Shown piece after piece: positions 13,301 to 24,844 of a DNA stretch of 56,180 bases. The DNA lies in contig MCFE01000582.1 in the NCBI GenBank assembly GCA_002104905.1, positions 1 through 56,180 on the forward strand. The letters are read 5' to 3'. The notes beneath the pieces are model-generated. The model was not told the DNA's origin. It ran no database searches and saw only the letters and a program-made list of their open reading frames with translations. A program made the translations under genes and the position numbers. This DNA is from Basidiobolus meristosporus CBS 931.73. Lineage: Eukaryota; Fungi; Basidiobolomycota. The stretch's first letter is position 1; each line of letters begins with the position of its first letter.

Positions 13301-15774
13301 CAGCTATGTGAGGTTGAGGTTAATTAACCAAAGATCACTATGGTGTAATATTCACCCGTCCCTTACATTTATGGAAATATTCGACCAAGACATAAAAAAC
13401 TGTGCAGCCTACTTTCTGGAAAATCTATTTATCTAGAGCCCAGGTCTAAAAGCCCACTCATCGGTGGGTTAAAGGGCAAGGACAGTACAGCGAGGGAAGG
13501 CACCAGCCCGTTTACAAATGTATCACCATCCCGGTGGTGGTTGACAATATACAACACAATTGTCACCAAAAACCCGAGCATCAAATTGCAAGAGCTCCCA
13601 AATGGCCAAGTGCGTCCAATAGACCCTGATAAATCCTGATATGGAGGCAGCGAAGTCCCAATTCCAGAATCCTGACCAGAAATTTTCGGTACGAAACCGG
13701 CGGAGGTAGTAACCTTCCTCGCAATTAGTCATTCTCAGCGGGGCTTTCCACTCTGTATTAAAATCTGAGAATGCCCTTGAATTAACGATGCTGACCCTGG
13801 CACTCATTTATTGTAGCAAGAGATCCTGTTGTTAGCCAAGAAAGGGTTTAATTAACTGGAACCATGGTGGAATTCCTTGGTAGGTACCGGCTGCACACGC
13901 TGACCACCCATAAAGATTAGGGCTTGAATATCAGCTCTGAATCCAGATCTGGCCCCCTAAACGGTTGGAACAAGATAGAGTAGTGAGGAATGGTTTATCG
14001 ATCGGCATTCTATTAATAACCATCACTGGTGTACTGCGTACTTGCGGTGCGTCATGAGCGGTTGCCTTGACTGGTACGTGGTACATCCCTGAGAAGCACA
14101 GGTTGTTAGTTTCTTAGGCTCCAAATAGGATTAACGCATCAGAAAGTAGTCACCAGAGGGTGTCTATGTATATGTGCCGAATCCGTCTCCTCGCCATGCT
14201 CCCTTATACAGCAATTTCCCTACCATCACCGCAACGCCGGCCGTGGATCCTCATTAACCTCTTATAGGGATTTTACGTAGTCATTGATGTTATCTCTTAT
14301 TAAACTCTATCGCTACACACTCTGCGAGGATTGCAATCACCAATATATCTGAGGTGACAAATCCCTCCAGTTCTCTTCCAACACATACGTTGGCCCATGT
14401 CTGACGCTACGGCGTTAGCCATATATGGAAAGCGGCTTCCGGGCTACCATATATAGTATGTCCGAGGGATCCGAGTATCTTGCTACGTCGTGCGTGCTTC
14501 CTGCAATACATTGAACTTGAATGCCATGCGGTGGTGCATGCAATGAAGCCTGATGAGTATGGATGATCCTTAGAACAGTCCATTAGTGACACGTCTCGGA
14601 CAGTCCCTGATGGCCAGTGTGTGAAGCGCCGATATGACAATTCAAACCGAGTAAAAGAACGGCCGTCGTCATGTGACTGGCTTATTCTCGGCAAGCTCCC
14701 CTCTTGGACCACCCACATGATGCACCGAATATTCAAGCATCAAGATACCATGACATGGCTCAGCCTACTGGCAATTGGAACTATTCAAACCTGGAAGACC
14801 CAATGGGTGACGATGGTGATCCTACACTCCAAATGGGGAAATGATACCGGCCCATATATGGGAGTCAGCTGCCGATATGTCTACCTTCAACATACTACGT
14901 CAGTGGCCAATGGGAAATAAGCGGGGCCCAGCCATCATTGAGATATAGAATTAGCTCAAACATTAAGGTGGTTAAGAGTCATTCGGGTGTTCCTTAACCG
15001 AAATGGAATATGCACCACCCTGAGATTTCAACAAACGATCGCATACGCTCGCTGTATATCATATTTTACCGATTAGCCGAGAAATCGACTGGTTTCACTC
15101 GGCAAAAATGGTACTGCTTGAGAGGGAGGGGTCTCTAGCGGCGAGTCACTGCACATACCAGAGAACAAACATGTTCAGAGTGAGGTGTTGGCCGCACACC
15201 GTTCCTTTCGGGATATGGAATTAATAAGCAACGATGCGAACTGGTGCCGGGATTGGGGCTTGCTTGCTCGATGCCTGCCTTCGTGTGGAGCCCAATCACT
15301 CCATCTGGCAAAATCAACAAACGGCACACATCGAGATTAGTGTCACATATCTCGTGCATTGAGCCATTCATCTTGTCACAACTGGGGGAGATAGCAAGCT
15401 GGACTGCATACCGGTAGGCACCCGTGTCTGAATAGCAATGGTTCTAGGCTGTGCTAATTAATCATCGGTAATCGAGGAATATCCGCAGGTCTGAAGCGTG
15501 GAAATTTGTCTTGGCTGGTCGTATCAACCATCTGATTCATAATATCCTTGAATCCACACAGCATTGGCGTGAGCTGCCCACCATTGAACCCACCTTATGT
15601 GAAGTCAAATGATCTCGATGGAAATGGGATTTTTTTCATTTTAGAACGACTCAAGATTGATTGTGCAATGGATCAGCTGCCTAGCAAATCATCCCTTATC
15701 AATGAAGAGCCCCCACTTATTCCAGTGCTTCGCGATCAATTGGGCAATCCGCCCCATAGGTCCATCCGGGAAAT

Positions 15775-15783
15775 TATATAAAA
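15775..15783 (+). promoter_or_regulatory. TATA box upstream of HEM1
   Basis: TATATAAAA about 150 bp upstream of the ATG. Confidence 0.5.
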
Positions 15784-15926
15784 TCTAGCTGGGCCCCGCC
15801 TATTCCCCCATCAAATACAGTTCAGTATTTTTGACTCGAGTTGCCCTTTCTGGTACTGGATTCTATTCGATTCCTTTTTGATCCTTTGCTACACCTTAAA
15901 TCTATCGCAACCGGACTACAAGAAAC

Positions 15927-17549
15927 ATGCAAAGTCTTTTAAGAAACCTCTCCAGTTCCGTGATTGCGCGACCCGGTAAAGTGTCTAGAGCATTCTCGCT
16001 CAACCAGGCCGCTCTATTCACCACCAGCACCCGCAGCACTCAGAGCACTCCAACCTACCCACACTCTGCCTCTGTTGTTAGCACTTCACACCCCAACGAA
16101 ATGTTTCAATCTGCTCCTCAGCCTATAGTGCCCGTTGCTCCGGAAAAGAACACTGGGGCATTTGACTATGAGAGCTTCTACCGCACCGAATTGGACAAGA
16201 AGCACAATGACAAGAGCTACCGTTACTTCAACAACATCAACCGCATTGCCAAAGAGTACCCTAAGGCACACACCGCCGACTTTGACGCTAGAGTGACAGT
16301 TTGGTGCAGCAACGATTATCTGGGCATGAGTAGAAGCCCTATCGTTATGGAGAATATGAAGAACACAATCGACATGTATGGCGCTGGCGCCGGTGGAACC
16401 AGAAACATTGCTGGAAATGCCGCCCTTCATTTGAGATTGGAATCCGAGCTGGCCGATCTCCATCGCAAAGACTCCGCCCTCGTCTTTTCGTCATGCTACG
16501 TCGCCAACGACGCCACCTTGAGCACCTTGGGAAGCAAATTGCCTGGATGTGTCATCTTCTCGGATGCCCTTAACCATGCCTCCATGATCCAAGGCATTCG
16601 CCACTCTAACACCCAAAAGAAGATCTTCCGTCACAATGATATGGAGCACTTGGAGGAGCTCCTCAAGGCAGCCGATCCGAAGTGCCCTAAAATCATTGCA
16701 TTTGAGAGTGTTTATTCGATGAGTGGAACCATCGGCAAGATCGCTGAAATCTGTGACTTGGCCGAGAAATACGGAGCCATCACCTTCTTGGATGAGGTCC
16801 ATGCCGTAGGTATGTACGGCCCTCGTGGTGCAGGTGTCGCTGAGCATCTTGACTGGGAGCGCAATGTAGCTAGCACCGAGCGTCAAGCTGGCTCCATCAT
16901 GGACCGAATTGATATTATCACCGGTACTTTAGGTAAAGCTTACGGTGTTGTTGGTGGATACATTGCCGGCTCAGCGAATTTTGTTGACATGATTCGCTCG
17001 TACGCCCCGGGCTTCATTTTCACCACCTCTCTTCCCCCCACAGTAGCAAGTGGATCTATGACTTCTGTCCGCTACTTGAAAGATTCCAGCGCAGAGCGTC
17101 GTATGCAACAGCTGAACACCCGCTCGTTGAAATCACGTCTCGCTCAACTTGACATCCCGGTTGTACCAAACCCCTCACACATTGTCCCAGTTCTGGTCGG
17201 CGATGCTGAACTATGCAAGAAAGCCAGTGACCAGTTGTTGACTGACTACGACATTTACGTCCAGTGCATCAACTACCCCACCGTGCCGGTTGGCGAAGAG
17301 CGCCTTCGCATCACCCCAACACCTGGCCACACTGAAGTAATGACTGACAAGCTGGTCACCGCCCTTACTGAGATCTGGGAGAGGAACAATTTGAAATACG
17401 TCAAGGATTGGGCCGCGCTTGGTGGCCGCGCAGGTGTTGGAAGCACTGAAGCTAAGAGCATCGAACCCATCTGGAGCGACTCCCATCTGGGATTGACCGG
17501 AATTCAACAGCCCGTTTCTACCTCAGCTACTTCAAGCATCTCTTTGTAA
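15927..17549 (+). CDS. HEM1: 5-aminolevulinate synthase, mitochondrial, intronless
   Basis: Mitochondrial presequence, [41 protein letters not shown] lysine in TLGKAYG. Confidence 0.98.
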   Translation: MQSLLRNLSSSVIARPGKVSRAFSLNQAALFTTSTRSTQSTPTYPHSASVVSTSHPNEMFQSAPQPIVPVAPEKNTGAFDYESFYRTELDKKHNDKSYRYFNNINRIAKEYPKAHTADFDARVTVWCSNDYLGMSRSPIVMENMKNTIDMYGAGAGGTRNIAGNAALHLRLESELADLHRKDSALVFSSCYVANDATLSTLGSKLPGCVIFSDALNHASMIQGIRHSNTQKKIFRHNDMEHLEELLKAADPKCPKIIAFESVYSMSGTIGKIAEICDLAEKYGAITFLDEVHAVGMYGPRGAGVAEHLDWERNVASTERQAGSIMDRIDIITGTLGKAYGVVGGYIAGSANFVDMIRSYAPGFIFTTSLPPTVASGSMTSVRYLKDSSAERRMQQLNTRSLKSRLAQLDIPVVPNPSHIVPVLVGDAELCKKASDQLLTDYDIYVQCINYPTVPVGEERLRITPTPGHTEVMTDKLVTALTEIWERNNLKYVKDWAALGGRAGVGSTEAKSIEPIWSDSHLGLTGIQQPVSTSATSSISL

Positions 17550-18864
17550 AAAGAATGTGTACCGATCAATTCACTTCTTGCCTCACGCGCCGACCTCACC
17601 CCTCACCACCCTCCCGATATTATGTAAAGAAGTCCCCTATACCCTAGCCTTCCCTCCCCGTAAGCTTTTTCTTTTTCGCGATTGCTTACGCCATTATTTC
17701 CGTCGTGACCTTTCCTTACTTCCGGAATTGTTGAAGTAAACTGTATTATTTTGCCCACATCCACAAAACGCCAATTCCCATTCAAATCATTGCATTGAGA
17801 GTATTGGGGCCCCACTGAATAATTTTCATCGTGGAGTTGATCCAACCAATCCAGAGGCGCCGGCCCAAAATAGCATAACGGAAGTAGATCGATAAAAGGG
17901 CAGGAAGCACCCATTTCCCCATTTGGAAGATCTCACAAGAGAGGCTCCTTCGATGCTAAGATTCAGAAACGAGCTAATACAGTATCAAAAATTCAAATAT
18001 AATACGTGTGCATCGGGTCAAAAGAGATGGATTCAGCAACCTGCTGAATCTCCTGCTCATTGTGAGAATGCCAATGAATCCCAAGAGATCAGATCAGTAT
18101 ACAGTTGTACAAGACACTGCTGTGACCTATGATTACCGGCAGCCACTTTATCAATTGGCTACGATATATGCAATCATTGGATGGCTATTTCCCCGCGTAA
18201 TTGAGGAAGGCTCATATGCCTTAATGGGGAAATCAAACACTAGGTATGCTATATCTGACTCTTCTTCCGGCCAAGCTATGCATCCCTTTTATTTCGTAGT
18301 AATGGCAGGGATTTGAATTTGTCACACCATGTTGTTATTAAATGGGGACCAAGCTGTATTAGGTGACAAAACATGGTTGCGGTGTGAAAGATAGATTCTG
18401 ATGCGAATAAGACTCAAATTGATCCCATTATAGATAGTCAAAACATTAATACACACGAAACATTGGTAAGATTGCGGGACAGTTTCAGCAAATAATGTAA
18501 CCAAGGTAATGTGCCTCCTGTGACCAGTCTCAAAATATCCAGAGTGCCATATTAATGCTCAACACTTGAATCTCCAGTAATAAATATCCTACTAACATTA
18601 GCACCAGTATAAGCAGAGTTTAGCATGAATATGGTATTTCCATTTTGGCTGGTATTAAATATATATATCTGCATGTACAACTATATGTCTTCAATTCCTT
18701 GAGTCAAAGATAATGAGCAAGGCTAGTGCTTATATGCTATACATAAAGTGGGTGGGTGTGGGACAGCGTAATGTATATAGCACTGATGTCTGATGTAGCT
18801 CTGAACACCAATGCATTGGCATTTTTAAGCTTCTTCTCTGAATAATTTCTTGAAATGTATATCT

Positions 18865-19060
18865 TGTTGTAAGAGTTGTGGAGATACTTGAAGTAATTGG
18901 GAGAGCAAGTAGATTATATGGTTCTGACTTATAGATTTGCTGGATGTAAAGTAGCATTATACTTTCACATGGTCTTAGAAAAAAACAAACCCATAGAATA
19001 TGGTTAGAAAAGTCACAGGAGCATGTGGGCAAAGCTTTGGGCTGTTTGGACAACTTAGAA
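18865..19060 (-). mobile_element. Decayed partial LTR (copia family A)
   Basis: Reverse complement matches the 3' half of the 20908-21256 LTR with many substitutions. Confidence 0.6.
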
Positions 19061-19171
19061 AACTCTGGCCAAATTCCTTATTGGGACTTTGAATAGTTTT
19101 CACCAAGATATCAGGTACTCATGACATGAAATTTCTCAAAGATCTGTTGACTAGGCTCTAAGTGACTAAAT

Positions 19172-19746
19172 TGTTGCAATATTCTGAGGAGTATTGGAAG
19201 TGATTTGGAGAGCTACAGGACTTACATGTTGTTCACTTGTATATATATTAAAGTGGAGCAAACAAATGTTAAAATTTGTTAAGGAAGGTCCCAAGTATAT
19301 GTGTGCAAAGTGCTGTAAAAATTCGGAATTCCACCTAAATATTCACCTAACTTAGTCACTTATATCATTACCTTCAAGTCCTAGAGAATACTGACCAAAT
19401 TCCTTGTTGGGATTTGCTTAGAATATTTACCCATTTGTTTGTTATGCCAAGACCATGTAAAAGTATAAGTACTACTTTTACATTCAATAAATCATTAAGC
19501 GAAAACCACATAATCTACTTGTCCTCCTAATCACTTCCAATATCTCCAAGACTCTTACAACACAAAGTACGAGGTCTTTTGGATATCCTCAAGAAAGATC
19601 AAAATCTGGGTACCTGATAATTTGGTGAAAATATTTCAAGTAAATCCCAACATGAAATTTGGTCAGGAAAGAATGCTAATCCCAGAATAAGATCTATGTA
19701 TGTAAGCTAGCAGGAATATTTAGATGACAACTTGATAATTACAACA
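19172..19746 (-). mobile_element. Solo LTR (subfamily B), interrupted by a nested solo LTR
   Basis: TGTTG...CAACA termini; perfect 5-bp TSD TAAAT at 19167-19171 and 19747-19751. Confidence 0.85.
19311..19562 (+). mobile_element. Nested, internally deleted solo LTR (family A)
   Basis: TGCTGTAAAA...TTACAACA; perfect TSD CAAAG at 19306-19310 and 19563-19567; homologous to 50376-50706. Confidence 0.9.
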
Positions 19747-19809
19747 TAAATTAGATGTGTACTTAGGTGTAATTGCAAAACTTACAACACTCTAACTCTA
19801 CTAAATATT

Positions 19810-20158
19810 TGTTGTAATTATCAAGTTGTCATCTAAATATTCCTGCTAGCTTACATACATAGATCTTATTCTGGGATTAGCATTCTTTCCTGACCAAATT
19901 TCATGTTGGGATTTACTTGAAATATTTTCACCAGATTATCAGGTACCCAGATTATGATCTTTCTCAAAGTTGTCCAAAAGCCCCCAAACTTTGCACACAT
20001 ACTCTTGGGACCTTTCTTAACAAACTCTACACACTGGTCTGCTCCAATTTATCAATAGTATAAATACCACACTTTTGATCAATAAATCTACAAGTGAATA
20101 ACATGTAAATCCTCTAATTCTCCACATCACTTCCAATACCCCTCAGAATATTGCAACA
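19810..20158 (+). mobile_element. Solo LTR (subfamily B)
   Basis: TGTTGTAA...TTGCAACA; flanks ATATT/ATACT (4 of 5 match, decayed TSD). Confidence 0.85.
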
Positions 20159-20442
20159 ATACTCACATAAACTAGTCTTAATTGTGCTCTAAATTATGCA
20201 AGGTTGTCTCAAGCTGATGGTTTTTGAATATGTCTGCAATCAACTCATCTTTAAGGTAGTAAACTAAACTATCTAAGTTTCTCACCATAGCTTCCTGTAT
20301 GAAATGATATCTAATATTTATGTGCTCAGTTCTAGCATGAAATGTTGGATTTCTATCTTATTATCCATATGAAAAGTAATTGGTCCTGTAAGTGGATCCA
20401 ATCTAGATTAATTGTCAGGATCCTGCAATGAAACTATTAGTA

Positions 20443-20810
20443 TGTTGTGAATCTTGTATTGCACCTAAATATTCACCTAAATTGGTCACTTGGATCATTA
20501 CCTACAAATCTTGGAGAATTCTGAGCAAACTTATTGTTGGATTTTACTCTGAATATATTTCACCAAACATCAGGTACCCAGTACATGAAAATTCTCAAAG
20601 TTGTCCAAACACCCACAGACTTTGCACACATGTTTTTGGGACCTTCATAAAAATGATTTACATGCTTTTTTTGCCAAGTCCATGCAAAGACACTCAGAAT
20701 ATACTTACAAAGGTCACAAGAACATGGGCAAGATGTTTGCGGTTATTTGGATAATATGGCAATCTTTCATGTATTGAGTACCTAATATCTTTCCAATGCT
20801 GTGAACATTG
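20443..20810 (+). mobile_element. Decayed LTR copy
   Basis: TGTTGTGAATC...CACCTAAATATTCACCTAA...CAGGTACCCAG...CTTTGCACACATG matches family A. The 3' end is eroded. Confidence 0.7.
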
Positions 20811-20907
20811 TAAATATTGAGCTTATGCCTATGCTACTAGTATACTGCAAGGTTCTGTTAGGCTTATTGCTAAGCTATGACATGCTTGAGATTGAGATTG
20901 TAAAATA

Positions 20908-21256
20908 TGTTGTAAAAATTTGCAATTCCACCTAAATAATCACCTAACTTAGTCACTTAGATCATTACCTTTAAACCCTAGAGAATACTGACCAAATTCC
21001 TTGTTGGGATTTACTTGGAATATTTTCACCAAAATATCAGGTACCCAGAACTTGAAAATCAGTTAAGTTGTCCAAACAGCCCCAAACTTTGCACACGTGT
21101 TCTTGGGACCTTCCTAAACCTATTCTATGTGTTTGTAATGCCAAGACCAGGTAAAAGTATAAATACTACTTTTATATTCAATAAATCATTAAGTGGAAAC
21201 CACATAATCTACTTGTTCTCCCAATCACTTCCAATATCTCCAAGACTCTTACAACA
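20908..21256 (+). mobile_element. Solo LTR (copia family A)
   Basis: TGTTGTAA...TTACAACA, internal GTATAAATA and AATAAA; flanks AAATA/AGATA (4 of 5 match); closely similar to the LTR at 50376. Confidence 0.9.
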
Positions 21257-21517
21257 AGATATTGGATAATTCTTAGGAGAAGGCCTGAAACTTATCAATA
21301 CTTCGAAATGTTGCCAAAAGTCCTCCAACTTGGTATACAGCTTCCTGGGATCATCCTCAAAGCATCCCAACCAAAAGCTTTACAATGCTTCCTTTCAGTT
21401 ATCAGCAGTTCAATATCATGCCATTCCTCTAGTTCTCCAAGTCACTTCTGGTGCTGTATAGAATCTTGGCAGATTGCTTTAAGCTTCAGAAGAAACTAGC
21501 CACCCAACATCAACCTT

Positions 21518-21736
21518 TCATCCCGGTGCAGAAGTTTGCGCTTGGATTGGAGACTTACAACTTCTTCCAGAGCTAGCGTTGAGAGTCAAAAGTGGTTTGG
21601 GCGTGAATACCGGGCATGAGCTACAATTGTAGGTTAGGTTGGAACAAATGGCTTCTGCTGTGTGCGGAGCATTGCAGGTGCAACCAATTGACCAACAGTG
21701 AGCTCCATTAGTCTTCCTGACTCTGACCGCCAAAAC
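21518..21736 (-). CDS. Small Cys-rich protein exon, probable paralog of 49945-50211; 5' end missing or pseudogenised
   Basis: VLAVRVRKTNGAHCWSIGCTCNAPHTAEAICSNLTYNCSSCPVFTP...TLNASSG follows a possible AG acceptor. No in-frame signal peptide was found. Confidence 0.4.
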   Translation of the reverse strand, partial: VLAVRVRKTNGAHCWSIGCTCNAPHTAEAICSNLTYNCSSCPVFTPKPLLTLNASSGRSCKSPIQAQTSAPG

Positions 21737-22977
21737 CTATCAGGGCATCACCCAGCACTTTGAGAAATGCTGGGATATGGATGGCGGAGCGTAAGGGTTG
21801 GTGGCTTAATGATGTTTAGAGCTAACGCTCAATAATGTCCTGGTCCGATTTCCCGCCCCGGGAACTTTGAGTGGTGACCGGGTCGATACAAACAATTTGT
21901 AGCGTTATAGGAATTCAAAGGGCATCCTAGGTAGGGGCCAGAATGGATTAGAGTCAGGCGGATCACTTGCCAAGCGTACCTCATGTGATTCAGAGAAAGA
22001 TGGCTTCGACCATTGGGGCGGTTGGCTTCGATGTGCAGGGGAGGGACGGCCCACATCTTCACCTGCCGGCCCTACACATGACGGTCAAGCACATTCGAGG
22101 CGACTGTGGAGGCATGCTCCGTGTCACCAAAGCAAACAACACTCCAGCCAAATACCCGTGGTCTTGGTGAAATGGGGAGAGGGCACCGTGCACCTTATTG
22201 ATGTCACTAAAACATCGTTGAGTAACCATCGACAAAATCGGATCATGCTGGGGGTTGACAGCCTGCGGATCCCCGGCATACTTACCTGGGCCTGGGGGCA
22301 GAACGGTGGCCGGCGGAAACTCCACGGCATCTCGCCCAGAGACGTTCAGGTTCAGAAAGCATGTACTGTTGCTAGGATTGGAGGTGGGACGCACTTCTCA
22401 TAGGCTCGGACCGTCCGATTCAGCTAGAAACGTCAAGTGCGCTTGGGGATCTTCCTCGTACTATTCTAGAGGTTGCGTGCTTGAATCGTGCAACCGTCTC
22501 ATTCAGATCTGGGATGTATCCCAGCAAAGAGATTGAAGTGCACCGATTTATTCCGCCATTAGGGAAGGCATTACTCATTGATGATGTAGGTGGTATCATA
22601 ACGGGAAATGCGATACTTTGCCCAGATAATCTTTCAAGCAATGTTACTCAGCCATCAACCACTCCCGGTCTGCTATGAACAATAGCGTGATGCAATGCTC
22701 TCAAGAATATTCGAAATTCCCTGGTTTCAATGGCCAAGTATTACCAGATGGCCCGCCCACCTTCATGCAGGCCCCGCCGACCAGATGATCTATCGTTTCT
22801 AGGGGACATGAGTGAACTCGCTGGAAGCTGTTGCTGATAATCTGAATGGCCTCTAGCGATCAGGAAACATCTAGACATCTCGTCCATTCTACCCGTCAGG
22901 GCCAAAGTATAAAAACCATCGGCTCACCAGGTGTTCATCACTCAACCCGCATTCAGCTGCTGAACAATCAAATCAAA

Positions 22978-24015
22978 ATGGCTTCCTACACTCAACTCCC
23001 CATTGAAGACTTCAAGAGCACCCCTCTTGCCAACTATGTCGACCTTGCCAACTCTAAGTTGGGCTCCAAGGTGGTTGCTGTTTCCGATGAATTCTTCGCT
23101 GCTGCCTCCAACATGTTGAACCCCAAGCCATCCGTTCGCGAGGCCAACAAATTCATCGAAACCGGCGCCTGGTTCGATGGTTGGGAAACTCGTCGCCATA
23201 ATCCCACTCACGATTGGGCCATCATCCAACTCGGCTTTGCCGGCTCCATCGTTGGTTTCGATATCGACACCGCTCACTTCACCGGCAACCATGCTCCAGC
23301 TGCCTCTGTTGACGCTGCCTTTGTATCGGAGGAGGAGCTCAAAAAGGGTGGTGAGATCAACTACCAATGGAAGGAAATCCTCCCCAAGGTCGAGTTGAAC
23401 CCTACCTCCAAGCACTTCTTCTTGCTCAACAACCCCGACAACACTCCCTACAACTTCGTCCGTATCAACCAATACCCTGATGGTGGTATCGCTCGTTTCC
23501 GCGTCTACGGAACCATCGTTCCCCTCTTCCCTGAAGATAAGGGTGAGCTTGTCGACTTGGCATATGTTGGCAACGGCGGCCGCGTTGTTCACTCTTCCAA
23601 CGATCACTTCTCCCCTGGTTCCAATGTCATTTTGCCTACTCGTGGTGAGAACATGGGTGACGGTTGGGAAACCAAGCGTTCCCGCACCCCCGGACACGTC
23701 GACTACGTTATTGTCAAACTCGGAGCACCCGGCCGTTTGGACAAGGCCATCTTTGATACCCTCCACTTCCGTGGTAATTTCCCTGCCCAGGCATCCTTGG
23801 AGGCTGCCTTCTCTCAAGAGGAGAACCCCGAGAACGATCCTGCCTCCTCTCAAGAAGGCTTCTGGACCACCATTTCTCCCAGGCAGAAGACCGCCGCCGA
23901 CACAGAGCACGATTGGGATCTTACCCCTAAGGATAAGGTCTTCACTCACGTCCGCGCCACTCTCTACCCTGATGGTGGATTCAAGCGTCTCCGTGTCTAC
24001 GGATACAGAGCCTGA
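22978..24015 (+). CDS. DAL2: Allantoicase, intronless
   Basis: Two allantoicase repeats (SDEFFAAA, DGWETRRH, YPDGGIARFRVYG / DGWETKRSR, YPDGGFKRLRVYG). ATG 22978 follows a TATAAAA near 22909, so the upstream ORF extension is probably UTR. Confidence 0.97.
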   Translation: MASYTQLPIEDFKSTPLANYVDLANSKLGSKVVAVSDEFFAAASNMLNPKPSVREANKFIETGAWFDGWETRRHNPTHDWAIIQLGFAGSIVGFDIDTAHFTGNHAPAASVDAAFVSEEELKKGGEINYQWKEILPKVELNPTSKHFFLLNNPDNTPYNFVRINQYPDGGIARFRVYGTIVPLFPEDKGELVDLAYVGNGGRVVHSSNDHFSPGSNVILPTRGENMGDGWETKRSRTPGHVDYVIVKLGAPGRLDKAIFDTLHFRGNFPAQASLEAAFSQEENPENDPASSQEGFWTTISPRQKTAADTEHDWDLTPKDKVFTHVRATLYPDGGFKRLRVYGYRA

Positions 24016-24844
24016 TCCACTGATTCTCGATTAGCAACTGAGTAACAATCATGTCATCTCCATAGCATATCAATAAACCAAGCTATCAACCAAGATTATG
24101 TGAGTTTTAGTTTTCTTGCAGGCTGGTGTGCAGTTATCGGGGCATACGCTGGCGCCTCTCGAAGTTTTCAGCCAATACATGGTCACGGGAAGGGCAGCTT
24201 TTCTGGTCTTCGGAATGGTCGAAGTGCTGAGCTCGAGGCAATGGAGAACATGAGTCTTAGTCACAAGGTCGATCGTGAAAAGAAACTAAACCAGCAGAGC
24301 TTCCCCATGTTGCCAAGGGCGCTTGCTTTCACACTCACTTTGCATCGGACGTCCCGCTGGTGAAAGCACCGAAGGAGCTGCTGCAGCATACGCCAGGCTG
24401 TATCTCCGCACAAAGCCTCGCTGTCAGCAACGCTCCGTAAAAGGGCACCTCTGTTTGTCGAAAAGCTGCACTCCTAGCTTCCCCGTCCTTGTTCACCAGT
24501 CTCATATGCAGACTGTCTGACAACGGCTACGAGGTGGGAATGGAAGTTGCATAGTTTTACATCATTTAATCATCCACCAAAGCGGTGAGACGGGTGGATG
24601 CCGGAATAGGCTGATTAAGTCGGACCAGTAAGTGAAACCGGCATTCAGGTATAAATCCGCCTATAAGCCTCAAAAAAATTTCTTCAGAAAAATTCAATAA
24701 AACTTTTTGTCTACTGGGTAAAGGCATAATTCGTCGATTCTGGCATCGCGTAGTCAGGTTAATTTTGGCTAGATCCCTCCTTCAAAACGGCACCTCTCCC
24801 CAAGAAAAGACCAAAGGTGTTGTTGCCTCCTCTTCCAGTATGTT

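Noticed and set aside
15927-16170. No Cys-Pro heme-regulatory motif in the HEM1 presequence
   Set aside because: S. cerevisiae Hem1 also lacks it, so the absence is not unusual.
16086-17507. Several antisense ORFs over HEM1
   Set aside because: Shadow frames produced by strong codon bias.
20428-21269. ORFs 20428-20754 and 21015-21269 with similar translations
   Set aside because: Chance frames across homologous LTR copies, not genes.
22942-23949. 335-aa antisense ORF over allantoicase
   Set aside because: Codon-register mirror of a highly biased gene, with no protein motifs.
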